A stretch of 64,000 nucleotides of DNA from Eledone cirrhosa (taxonomy: Eukaryota): contig OZ024746.1 of the NCBI GenBank assembly GCA_964016885.1, positions 8,184,001-8,248,000 on the forward strand, read 5' to 3'. The first letter of the stretch is position 1, and each line of letters opens with the position of its first letter. This document shows positions 1 to 12,548 of this stretch, in pieces. Under the pieces are notes generated by a model. The model worked only from the letters and a program-made list of their open reading frames with translations, searched no databases and had not been told where the DNA came from. Made by a program: the position numbers and the translations under genes.

Positions 1-438
1 ATAATTAATATAATTTCTCCCTGTTGTTAAACCATTGTATCTTTCTATGAACTTCCTTAACTCAATACTGCCATGGGTAAATGTGAAACTGAGGAGAGTT
101 TAGGTGTTGGGAATAGTCACTTAAATCAAACTTTATGTATGACAGATAAACATTTTATCTAAAACAAAATTCAAGTCAAGTCGACAGAAAATTCTAAAAA
201 ACGCGCTTCTTCTTACAGAGCTATCTTTAATAATATATACGTATTACATTTTAATAATAAGAAATTATTAAAATAATTAGTTTAATAAATATCATCTGTA
301 ATTTAGTTATTATTTTATATGATTATTTTTTTATTTCATGCTCAATTTTATGTACAAAATGTTTTGTATAATTTTATGTACGAAAGTTAATGTATACTTT
401 AATTATCAATTTAAAACATTTTTAGCGGTAATTTCAAA

Positions 439-3400
439 ATGGCCTCCACTTCTTCTTCTTCTAACGTTGATTCAATATTACGACTACACAGTGGTTCTCC
501 TATCTTTAACAAAGTTTCTATTCTGGTAAATTCAAACTGATTTGTCATATTTAGATATTTTATTTTTTGAAAAATTTTACTCGTTTTCTGCCAAATAATC
601 TTAGATTTACTACTGCTACCACAAGTAGCTTTGTAATGTGTAAATATATATACTGTAGTTCGTTTTTGTATTTGTTTTGAAAGATTATTAATAGGAAATT
701 GTGTTTATATATATATTGGTCATAGGTTGTAGAAAAATTACGGAGGCAGAGATGTTGACATTCATTATTTCGTTTGTTAACAATTCACCTGCCAATACAT
801 ACACAGGACGATACCCACAAATGTTGGACCCCCGTCACAAATAGCTGAATGTGTGTGGCTGTTCTTGTAAAATGTACCAAGTTTCTACAATGTAATACAA
901 ATATTTATAATATTTTTATATGATTAGTTTTTGTTTGTCTTTTGGCATTGTGTACCATTTAGGTGTAGTGAATATTTCCTTTATTTTCTTCTTTAATAAA
1001 GAATCACATTTAAATGATACTACCATGTCCTCCCACAAATATATATATATATAAACAACATATATAACAACTTCTATCAGAATGCAATTGTAACCTAAAT
1101 AAAGATGAAAGAACAGCCGAACTCCCACTGTCATCACCTCCATCTCCGTATGGTGAACGTGTAACAGGTTTAGAATGAAATTTAATTATTTGGTTTAAAC
1201 ATAGAATAAATATGGTGGCACTATGAAGGTTGTTATGTCTTTGACACTGCTGAAGTGTTGTGTAGGCATATACAAAGGGCTTTTGAAGTTTCTGTCTATC
1301 AGAATTGGTCAACCCAATGTTATGGTAGAAGGGACTTGACAGTGGAATTGCACCAAGAACCCTATGGCGGCAAAACAAACTCCTTGGCATAATGTCATGT
1401 CTGCATTTATATGTTTACCTTTTTATTTCTTTTTACTCATCAATAATGGTTATCCCATGAAATTCAATAATTGCAGTTTTTCCCGTTTTTTTGTTTTTTT
1501 TACCATTTTGCGGGTCTGAAAAATTAATAAGGGGGCGATTATTCGAAACGCGAAAGTAACCATGGGAAAATGGTTATAAAAAGGCTGATGATGATTTGTA
1601 TTACCAAAGAATGGTATAACTGCAGTTTAACACCGGCTCCACCCCCGACTTAGTTTCCTCAACACTTCTTAAATAATGTATATTTCTTTGTGAGATTTTA
1701 CAGAGATACAGTCTCCCTCACATATGGTCATCTGTCATTTTGAGATCTGCTCTCAATACTTCTGCCTAGGTTTTCTATGGGCTTCCACTGGGAGTTTCTG
1801 CTACTTTACACAACAATCATCCTCCATACGCATCACATGTCTATACCAGCACAGTCCTCTCAGTTACACTGCATTTTATTCCTCTTATACACATTCTTAT
1901 GTCGCACTATAGTTACTATTTGTTTACCTATATTCTTCATTGAAACTCTCACCTGTCCCATTTTTCAAATTTCTCTGTTTCTCCTGTTTAAAATACAAAT
2001 GACATGTAATCTTTTGCTATTTACATTTAAGCATGATTGGTTAAATCTTATTTTAGTGTGCATATACATACCTATATACAATGTTCTAGTCGATTGATTA
2101 TATATATCTTTTCAATAGGTCATTGGAGAATATGGTATCAATAAAAAGAAACTTGCTGAGTGTCTGGTATCTATGTCAACTAATTTTTCTCTTTTGGTGT
2201 AAGTATCAAATTTATTCTTTTCTACCTAGGAGCCCAGGGGTAGACTCCGAGCAAGATGGTTGGATAACATCCATGAGTTCAGTTGATCTCACTTGGGGAT
2301 CCAGCCAGATCAGTTGGAGATGGTTGCTTCTGACAGGATCCACTGGAAGGAGTGTTTTAGGACTCTACCCCCAAGACTCTCTCACAAGTGTAGAACACCT
2401 GCTTGTTGTGTAACTTCAAATCAATACTGATCAAGCAGTCCTCTGACCAAAGACATTCCAACCATGGCCATCTGAATGTCTCAAAATCCCACAATTTGTT
2501 TCTTATCCCTCTCTTAATATCTACTTTTCATCTTCCCCTTCTCTCTGCCACCATTTCCATTGTTCTATTATATAGTGGACACATGACAATTTTTTTTTTA
2601 CATGAAAAAGCACAACACCATCTGAATTAAAAAATATGTAATTGTAATAAAATAGAGCAAATATAAATAAAGATAATTTTACATGAGTGGGAATAATTTT
2701 GAATGAAGCAGATGTTTTGTTTTGTTTGTTTGGGTTTTTTTTACAGTTATATTCCACCCCCTCAAAACCCATTAACAATTAAATGTAAAGTAAAAATGCC
2801 ACCTACTTTTAACTGATGAAAGCTGAGTAATGAGTTTTATTTAAAAGTATAACATAACTGTTTAGCGAACGAGAGCCTCACTGTGGATGTTTGGCCTGCT
2901 CAAAATAGCAGTCAAATCTCCCTTGAATCACACTCTACAGTGTTGCCCAAGAAAGATACATTAGACAATGTAGTCCAAAAAGACATTAGAATGTAGCTAA
3001 ATCTATCTCTCACTAAGTTTACAATAGAAAAAGAAGTTATTTGAGCAATGTCCAGATATTTATAATGTGCTGCATGTTTCAGTGTGTTGCACTATTAGAT
3101 CTATTATTTAGTTGATGCAGCACTAAGAATCACTGGACAGATTTTGTGGGCAAAACCAGCCAGCAAGAGACCCAGAGCAAGATGGTTGGATAACATCCAT
3201 GAGGTTGGCTGGCCCTGCTTAGAGATCCAGATAGATTAGTTGGAGACAGTTGCTTCTAACAGGACCTCCTGGAAGGAGTGTTTGAGGACTCTGCTCCCAT
3301 GACCCTCCCAGAAATAAGTGGGCAAAGAATCTATTTTTTAGATCTTACTGTTTATAAATATATTTATCAATGGCTTTTTGTTTTTATTTCTCAAGGCGGC

Positions 3401-6400
3401 TAACCAGCAATTTACCATTAGAACCCACTAACCCACCTCGATCAAGGATTGATTTCATCTGTTTTGTTATTGATATTACAAGAAAGGAAAGGTTTGTAAA
3501 CTTTTAGAAAATTCATTCTTTATAAACTGTCATCATAATCATCACCATTGTTTAAGGTCTGTTTTCTCTGCTAACAAGAGCTGGATTGGTCATCAAGCAG
3601 AGTAACTGACTTCTCAGATGGGCCAGGAGCCTGTATCTCCCTGACATACCTTTCAGCACTCAAAACTTACCTTACTGTAAGGCTGGCATTATGAAGAACA
3701 TCATGCTGTTATAGATTACTGCTTCAAATGAAAGTCTTGTTCAACCTATGCTGGCATGGAAAAAGTCTGTCTCAAGCCAGAACGTTCATTAGGCCAGTGC
3801 TTATCCTGGTTTTGTGGCATGAAGCGACATAGTACAAGATTTCCTCCCTGGACAGGATGTCAGTCCATCGCAGGATTAAATCCCCAGCTATTGCTGATGC
3901 TCATTTTCAGCTGTGTATACTGGAGCAACGTGAAATGATATGTTTTCCTCAAGAATCGAACCCACAACATTATGATCATAAGTCCAACACCCTTACCACT
4001 AGGCCACACTTGTAATGTTGATAATAAACTAAAGCTTCTTGTAATCTGATACAAAGGTTTCTATACAAGTAGCTTTCTTGTTCCACTATTATTGTCTTCT
4101 TTGTGCAGACAAAAAAGGGATGAAGAAAAAAAGTGATTGCTAATCAAACAACTAAAAAATTCATTATGACTCTTCATTATTCTAATTATTATTTTGGTTT
4201 TTATTTTTCTCTGTCCTTTGATGGACATCACCTAATTGCTTTTTTCCTGTTTTTGTTTTTTTTATTTTGTTGTTTCCAATTATATTATTTTGTTCTAGAA
4301 CAATCCATTCCATGTTTTTCTTCATCATTCTGTTTCTTTGTCTTCTTGCCAACTACCATGTATTCCATGCTTCTACTTAAATGTTCGGTTATTAAGGCAG
4401 AATTATTTGTTTGGCTCACTATGTTCAGTATGTTAGTGACCACTTTATTATTTAGTTTTGGATTGGCAGTATCGGTAGAGAGTCGGACACCATGCTTTGA
4501 AGCATATAGTTACGCGAGTTCAGATCCCGCCGAGGTTAACTTTGCCTTTCATCCTTACGGGGTCGATAAAATAAAGTACCAGTAATACACTGGGTATTTG
4601 CTGGCCTTGTGCCAAAAGTAGAAACAATTATTTAGTTTTCATTTGGCAAGTTTCTCTGAGTATTTTCCCACTTATCAGTTTTTGAAATTACCATAACAGT
4701 CTGTTCATTGACAAAGAAAAGTCATAGAAAGCTTGCCAAATAAAAGACCTGTCAACCTCCCTAGAGTTGCTAATCTACACGATAAACACACCCAGTACAC
4801 GCTGTAAAGTGATTGTTGATAGGGGGGGGGGGGGGGGGGCATCCAGCTGTAGAAAGCTTGCCAAAGAAAAGGTTGGGAGGACCCTTCAGTTGTGTCAAAG
4901 ACATAAAAACCTCTCCTGTGCTCTCGGTAGAAGCGAGCTGCAGACCACTGGCCAGTCTGTGAAGTCAGTAGCCCCGTTTCAGTACTAACTTAGTTTATGT
5001 AAACCCATCTGACCTTTGCTAGCAGGGAAAGTGGATGTTAAACGATGATGATGATGATGAGTTCTCTATTCTAAGATCTAATAAGTCCAAAACATTCCCA
5101 GAGTTGTCATGTATTACTAAAGATCAGACTTGTAGCAGTGGCCTCCCTTGTTGTGACTCACAACCCCAATAGATTAACACCTAGACGGGAAGTAGAACCC
5201 TTTCTGTAACTTCCGGCAGAGCCCTATAAAACGAATAGCTTTCGGCTCCCTATCTCTCATTTGCCCTTCCGGCGCCTGGCCTTCGCCAGGCGTCTCGCGT
5301 TTGCCTGGCAATCAAAACGGTAACTACTAACTTTGCTTCATTCTTTCATCAATTACTTTGACATGTCAACTATACTGTTCTATATATATCCATGATTGTT
5401 AATTAAATATTATACACACAAACCATGTCTCCTTGTTACATTCATACACACCCAGTATTTTCGCTATAGACTCTCTTCCCACTGCATTTTACTTCAATTT
5501 AAATTCCTCTTTTTTTTTTTACCAGAGTTAGTAATTCACTCTTTCAATATCAAACCACCCCTGGTTCTATTTCACAAACATGTTTATTTTAAAGTTTATA
5601 TTTATCTTAAAATCTTTCATCATAATTTCATGTAAGAACCTTTGTTAAGTTATGTTCCAAACACCAGCTTAATAATGAGACTCAGTTATTTTACTAAATT
5701 CCTTCAAATTCTTTCTTATTAAGGGTGTAATTTTAATTAATTAAATTTTATAAACTCGTTATATTCAGTGTGTTAGCATCACTTCATTTTATTACATTTT
5801 ATTATTTATTAATTTGTAGTAGATTTATTTTAAACTATTTACACTCAATCCTTTTGTAGCCCTAATTTCAATATGAACACATTGTCCAAGAGTGTTTCAA
5901 TTAGTTTTCATCAATTAATAATCATCATGAATTCTGTGGAGAAGGGGTGGGGGTAGTAAAATAGCTATAGCCTTTAATCTATTAGTATTTGCCAGAATTG
6001 TTTGTTGAGTTTGGTCAAATGTGTTGATGTGTAATTGAAGATGGAGAAGTGATTTCCCCAAATCATTAATGTTTGAGTGACTAATGCCTTCAAAAGGAAT
6101 CAAAACTGCCTTTGTAGTCATGGAATACTATGAAACCATGTAGACATTACAATTCTGTTATAACAAAATTCACGGGGTATATGAAAAAAAATAGTTGTAA
6201 AGAAAAATTCTTTATAATGAGATCAACCAAAACACATCGAGCATGTGCCCAGGGATTGAAAAAAATGTTATACTGAAAAATTCGTTATAATGGAATTTTA
6301 CTTGTATACTGATATAGAGAGTTAACAGAAAGGAAAATATTTTCTTTTTAATGTAGTCACTGCAGGTAATAACAGATATAATTTAATTTAATGTCTGAAA

Positions 6401-8276
6401 CTGCAATTAGATAGCTGCAGCTTGAAAAAGTCCATCTCTCCTCTCCCCTCCCTCCCTCCCCCCCTACTCATTTAGAGCAGGTCAGGGTAGTAGGTCACAT
6501 GTTTAGATGAGGTTCAAGGCAGTAGGTCACATGTTTAGGTGAGGTTCAAGGCAGTAGGTCACATGTTTAGGTGAGGTTCAAGGCAGTAGGTCACATGTTT
6601 AGGTGAGGTTCAAGGCAGTAGGTCACATGTTTAGGTGAGTAGGTGAGGTTCAAGGCAGTAGGTCACATGTTTAGGTGAGGTTCAAGGCAGTAGGTCACAT
6701 GTTTAGGTGAGGTTCAAGGCAGTAGGTCACATGTTTAGGTGAGGTTCAGATAGGAAGGTAACGCGTTTAGGGTGAGATTTTGGCATGGGTTGTCATGGTA
6801 CATGACTTGACCAACACTATACCTTGGCATGGTTTCTACATCTTGGTCTCCTTCCTAATCAAATAAATTTAAAGATGAAAATATTCACTTTCTAGTATAG
6901 TAGTGAACAGCTGAAATTAATATTTGGTTGACAAAATCTATTGCAAATTGTTTGACTTTGTTTCAGTACTATACTGTCATACTGTCAAGTCCTTCCACAT
7001 ACACATTTGACAAACTCTTATATCTCATCCATTATTTTAAAAACAGCTGTATTTTCATTGACTCTTTAAATCTTTAGTTTGAACTGCTTACAAGAAGCTG
7101 TGAAATTTATTGACGCTGAATATTTCCTTGGAAGAGCATGCTTGATTGTTCATTTGCCAGGTAAGATTTCATGGTTGTTAATGGAATTCTTCATCTAACA
7201 TTGAAATATTGACTTAATCTTTAGTTACCACCCTGGCCAAAACCAGCTCTGGTTTTATTAAATTAAGTCACCCATTTTAACCCTTTAGCATTTAAACCAA
7301 CTGCATCCGACCAGAATTCTCTCACCTCTTTCTGTTCAAACCAGCTGCTCATACTGATGTTAAGGTATTGTTCTTAAAATATCATGGATTCAGTATTACG
7401 TGAGATAAAGTATTTACTGTGAAAATATAATAGTAAATATAGAGTAATGTAAATGCTAAAGGGTTAAAGGTTTCCAATTTAAATTAAAATCTTCCAACAT
7501 AATTTTATATAACCTTTTTTTTTTCAATAAAAAATAATTTTCAATTTTTCTCAGATAATCATCGGAAACTATCTGCTATTGAACTTGAATCCATTAAAGA
7601 TATTTCAAAAATGTATAACTTGGTAACAATTTATGGAAACATTGAGGTAGGTTTTTTTTTTAAAATTCTATTTTGATTTTTTTTTTTTTATCCTATTCAA
7701 TATTCTCCTTTTCCTATATTTTTATTTAAAGCATATTCTAATCTGAGAAAGTTAAATAAGTTGTTCTTACTGTTGCAATTTATGTTCATCAGCATAACCA
7801 TAACTTTGTATGTTTTTGAAAGTTGTTTTTTTTATATTTTCCTTCATTGTGAAACAATAGTGTTCTTTAAATGTTACTTTAATATTATTAAATTTTGTTT
7901 TTCTTGAATTGTTTCCCCTTCAAATATGAAAAATCCCAATTTAGGGAGAAATCTTTTAAAAGGGTTGTCAATAGCCCTTGTTGACACTTTTACATAGTTT
8001 AGGAAGAAATATTTTGAAAGGGTTATGTCAGTATTTCCATGCTGTTAATATCTTAGTTGGTGGTTTGGTTTGTCATCATCATTTTGTGTCTGTTTTCTAC
8101 TTGATAAAGTTATAGAGCCTTTGGAAATATACTTCTGAAAAGAATTAATATATTTTTGGTGTTTTCTTTTACAGACTAAAGTTAACCAAGTCTCCTGTCA
8201 AATTCTTCGAATAGTAGAAATATCTACAGGTTACAAAAAAAATCTCCAAAATATATTTTTGCTAGCATTGACTTAA
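439..8276 (+). CDS. CENPM: Centromere protein M, 6 coding exons: 439-525, 2119-2198, 3396-3491, 7078-7160, 7555-7646, 8175-8276 (179 aa)
   Basis: All introns GT-AG with matching phases; 540 nt total. Translation MASTSSSSNVDSILRLHSGSPIFNKVSILVIGEYG...NLPLEPTNPPRSRIDFICFVIDITRKESLNCLQEAVKFIDAEYFLGRACLIVH...LRIVEISTGY resembles human CENP-M (SLPLP..RPRIDLIVFVVNL..SLQNTEESLRHVDASFFLGKVC), recalled from memory. AATAAA at about 8334. Confidence 0.88.
4460..4632 (+). mobile_element. tRNA-derived SINE, family A (representative copy)
   Basis: A-box TGGCAGTATCGG, B-box-like GAGTTCAGATCC, conserved body GCCGAGGTTAACTTTGCCTTTCATCCTTACGGGGTCGATAAAATAAAGTACCAG, (ATT)n tail. More than ten other copies in the window, e.g. 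17302-17490, 24407-24592, 38386-38535, 40906-41093, 42212-42400, 51878-52000, 52545-52760, 62955-63123. Confidence 0.85.
5131..5468 (+). mobile_element. Solo LTR, probably Ty3/Gypsy type
   Basis: Begins TGTAGC, ends GCTATA (imperfect inverted termini); 4-bp TSD GACT on both sides; internal TATAAAA (about 5225) and ATTAAA (about 5402). Confidence 0.7.
6488..6748. repeat. 32-bp minisatellite, about 8 copies
   Basis: Unit GTAGGTCACATGTTTAGGTGAGGTTCAAGGCA repeated without spacers. Confidence 0.95.
7281..7463. mobile_element. piggyBac-type MITE nested in another repeat
   Basis: TTAA|CCCTTTAGCATTT...AAATGCTAAAGGG|TTAA; the empty site CACCCATTTTAAAGGTTTCC is seen in a paralogous repeat at about 14650-14670. 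Related copies at about 22950-23157 and 60650-60845. Confidence 0.8.
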
Positions 8277-9832
8277 TATTGTATATATATCATCATCATC
8301 ATTTTATATATATTGTTTGTAAAATAACTTTTCAATAAACTTCGAACTTTGTATTGTAAATAGGAAAAAAATACTGACATTCGAAATGAGATGTTACAGA
8401 AAAATCCTGCTCATCTCCAAATTAGAACACATGAACAATAGAAGCATTTGTTATAACAATCAAACATGTGAGTTACTACACAGACCTGCTACTGCTGTAA
8501 TGAAATGAGATGGTATGGTCACATGACAAGATCTGATAGATTGGCCAACACCATCCTTCAAGGAACTGTTCAGGAGAAAAAAAGGAATGGACCAATAAAG
8601 TCTTTGCAACACACCAAGTCCTAACTTTCAGCAGAGATGGGATGTAGGAGGGGGTATATATACTCTTCTATCTTGGAGGGTCGTGTGAAATGTGAAGTGA
8701 TGATACAGTGGTGGACAGCTCAGCAGTAAGATACAAACTACTGCTCCCATGCACATTAGGTTAACTCATTGGATTACAGCTGAGCTGGAACTACGTTTTA
8801 AAAGCGTTTCAATTGATTATGTTCGTTTCTTATGAGCTGTGCCTGATCATAGGATAAGAATCTGTTAAGGAGGCATTGGTCTTAAGGGAGATAACTCTTG
8901 TTTGTCAGAAATATTGCAGATTATTTCTCTTCGAATATATTTTCATCACATCCTGATATAAACATACATACACACATGTATGTATATATGTGTATATATC
9001 ATCATCATCACCGTTTAACTTCCATTTTTCCACGCTAGCATGGGTTAGACGAGTTGTCCCATTGTGAGACAAGTCAGATCAGGTGACTGTGTTTTGGTCA
9101 TACAGAACTGGTTCTGGCTTGGTTTCTATGGCTGAATGTCCTTGATGCCAGCCACATTTGCAGTGTATACTGGGTACTTTTTGTTGTGACACCAACATGA
9201 CCACTTTGCAGTGTGGACTGGGTGCATTTTGTCATGTTGCCTACATGACCACTTTACAGTGGGTGAGTATGAACATACACACATGTATGTGTATATATAC
9301 AGTAATGAGGTCGTGTAGGCGTCACGACAAAAAAACATGCAGTCCACACTGTAAACGTGGTTGGTGTTACGAAGAGCATCCAGCCGTAGAAAACCTGCTA
9401 GATAGTCCTATACGAGCGAGACACGGCCACCCAACCAATCTTGCCTCAAGTGGGAAAATTCCCGTCTAACTCATGTTAGCATGGAAGATATACGTTAAAT
9501 GATGATGACACACGCACACACATTCACCATGTAGGAAGGTTGTGCTGGAGAAAATCCATCCACCCCATAGCAGCATGGAAAGATGATAATGTAAATAACA
9601 ATCTTCATCATATGTCCACTCTCCATGCTGGCATGGGTTGTCATGGTACATGACTTGACAAACACTATACGTTGGCATGGTTTCTACATCTTGGTCTCCT
9701 TCCTAATGCTAACCACCTTACAGTGTACATTTTATAATAGCATCAACACTAAAGATGTGACTACAGGATGAAAAGAGGCACTGTTGAGAGAACAAGTGTA
9801 GATTCATATTTGTTACTGAGAGCAGATGAAAG

Positions 9833-9863
<31 letters not shown>

Positions 9864-10544
9864 ATGTTATGGTTGGTGGATGTTGTTAGAAGTGGCTTTA
9901 AGGAGATGGAGTGATGGTTGGCTGCAGTGAGGGGGTTAGATAAGTATACAGAATTAAGAGTATCCTCTTTATGTAGGCAGCATCAAACAATGAATATATG
10001 AGTCTGACAGGTACTGAGACATTCCTAGCTTTATGGGAAGTGTGGTACAGTCTGACAGGTATCAAGCTATTCCTAGTGTTGTGAATCTGAGATAAAGTAA
10101 GTGAGAGGGATTTGGATGAGAAGAGAGTAAGATAAAGGTAATAGAATAGATGAGAGGGTATGAGGATGCGTGTAGCAGATATAACGAGTGGAAATAAGTC
10201 TTGCAATGGTGGCCAGGTTTTTTCCAGCACCATAGGCTGTTAATGTGTTGTTATTCTACTTTGTACGTTGTCAAAATCCAAAACGTTTAGATTCTTATAT
10301 TTTAAGCATTAAACAAATATATCATCATTGTATTGTTTCTCCTTGACTTTTCCTATTCTCTCTATCTTTCTATTTCTCGTTTCATCTTCTGGTGAAGGAC
10401 TAGTATCTGAAACGTAAAAACTCTTTTCCTACTATATCAAGCATTAAACTAATATATTTCTTCATTGTACTGCATTGTTTCCATTTGTATATTTTATATC
10501 TATCTATATATAATATATGCGTATACCACTATTAGCCGCTAAAG

Positions 10545-11070
10545 GGTTCTCTAAAAATGAAAGGCAGGCTGTATGATGCCTGCATACGAACAGCAATGTT
10601 ACATGGCAGTGAGACCTGGGCATTGTGTGAAGGCAGGCTGTATGATGCCTGCATACGAACAGCAATGTTACATGGCAGTGAGACCTGGGCATTGTGTGCT
10701 GGAGAGGAACGAAGCTTACATGCTCCGCTGGATGTGTAATAGTAATATGCGTGAATGGCAAAGCATAAACGAACTAAGGGAAAAATTAGAAAGAAGAGGG
10801 ATCAGATGTTTACTCGAGAGAAGACTACGTTGGTATGGTCACATGATGCGCATGAAAGACAGCTGTATAAAAAAGTGCAGGGTAATATAAAAAAAAAAAA
10901 AAGACGGTAGCCACGGAGTAGGCAGACCCAGAAAAACCTGGGACGACTTGATAAATTCCGACCTCGCACACTTACACCTCTCCAAGACAATGTCACTGGA
11001 CCAAGATCTTTGGCGCTACACAGTAATACAGAAGACCCGCCTTACCTAAGTACAAAGTGAAACCTACTAG
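10545..11070 (+). mobile_element. RTE-clade LINE 3' fragment (decayed)
   Basis: KGRLYDACIRTAMLHGSETWAL...MLRWMC...LREKL..RGIRC..ERRLRWYGHMMRM, typical of an RTE ORF C-terminus; about 70-bp internal duplication. Similar fragments at about 17620-18060 and 57870-58090. Confidence 0.8.
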
Positions 11071-11415
11071 AGTCAGTAGGCATCATCAAAAATACACCCC
11101 CGTCCCATCCAATGTAAAGTTATGTTGGTACCACAACATCCAGTCTGAAACAAATGAGGTCGTGTAGGTGTCACGACAAAAAAACACAGTCCACGCTGTA
11201 ATGTGGCCATGTAGGTAACACGGTAAAAACCTCCGTCCACACTGTAAACGTGGTTGGTGTTAGGAAGGGCATCCAGCCGTAGAAAACCCGCAAGACAACC
11301 ACTCTTGCCTAAAGTGGGAAAACTCCCATCCAAACCCATGCAAGCGTGGAATATGGACGTTAAACGATGATATATATTATAAACACATACATTTATATAT
11401 GTGTGTGTGTATATA

Positions 11416-12244
<829 letters not shown>

Positions 12245-12254
12245 TATATATATA

Positions 12255-12548
12255 TTCATTTCATTTTACGTCCGCTTTTTTTCCCTGCTTGCAAGGGTGG
12301 GACGGGAACTGATTCTGGCTGGATGCCCTTCCTAAAACCAACCTCATTTACAGTGAGTGCTGGGTGCTTTTTTGCCGTGGATTGGTAGGGACCCCAGTCC
12401 CTTTCATCTCATTTCTACAGCTGAGTAAACTGGAGCAATGTGAAATAAAGTGTCTTGCTCAAGGAAACAACACATCACCCGGTCTGAGAATTGAACTCAC
12501 CTTTCGATTGCAAGGCCAATGCTCTAACCACTAAGCCATGTGCCTCCA
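12255..12548 (-). mobile_element. Composite SINE (tRNA-head family B joined to RTE-type tail)
   Basis: Very similar copy at 20445-20764; the tRNA-like head also occurs on + at 22261-22430, 15851-16140, 45237-45540 and 54938-55050. Confidence 0.75.

Noticed and set aside
726-900. Candidate CENPM exon after the AG at 725
   Set aside because: It hits a stop in the required phase, and 2119-2198 fits both phase and homology.
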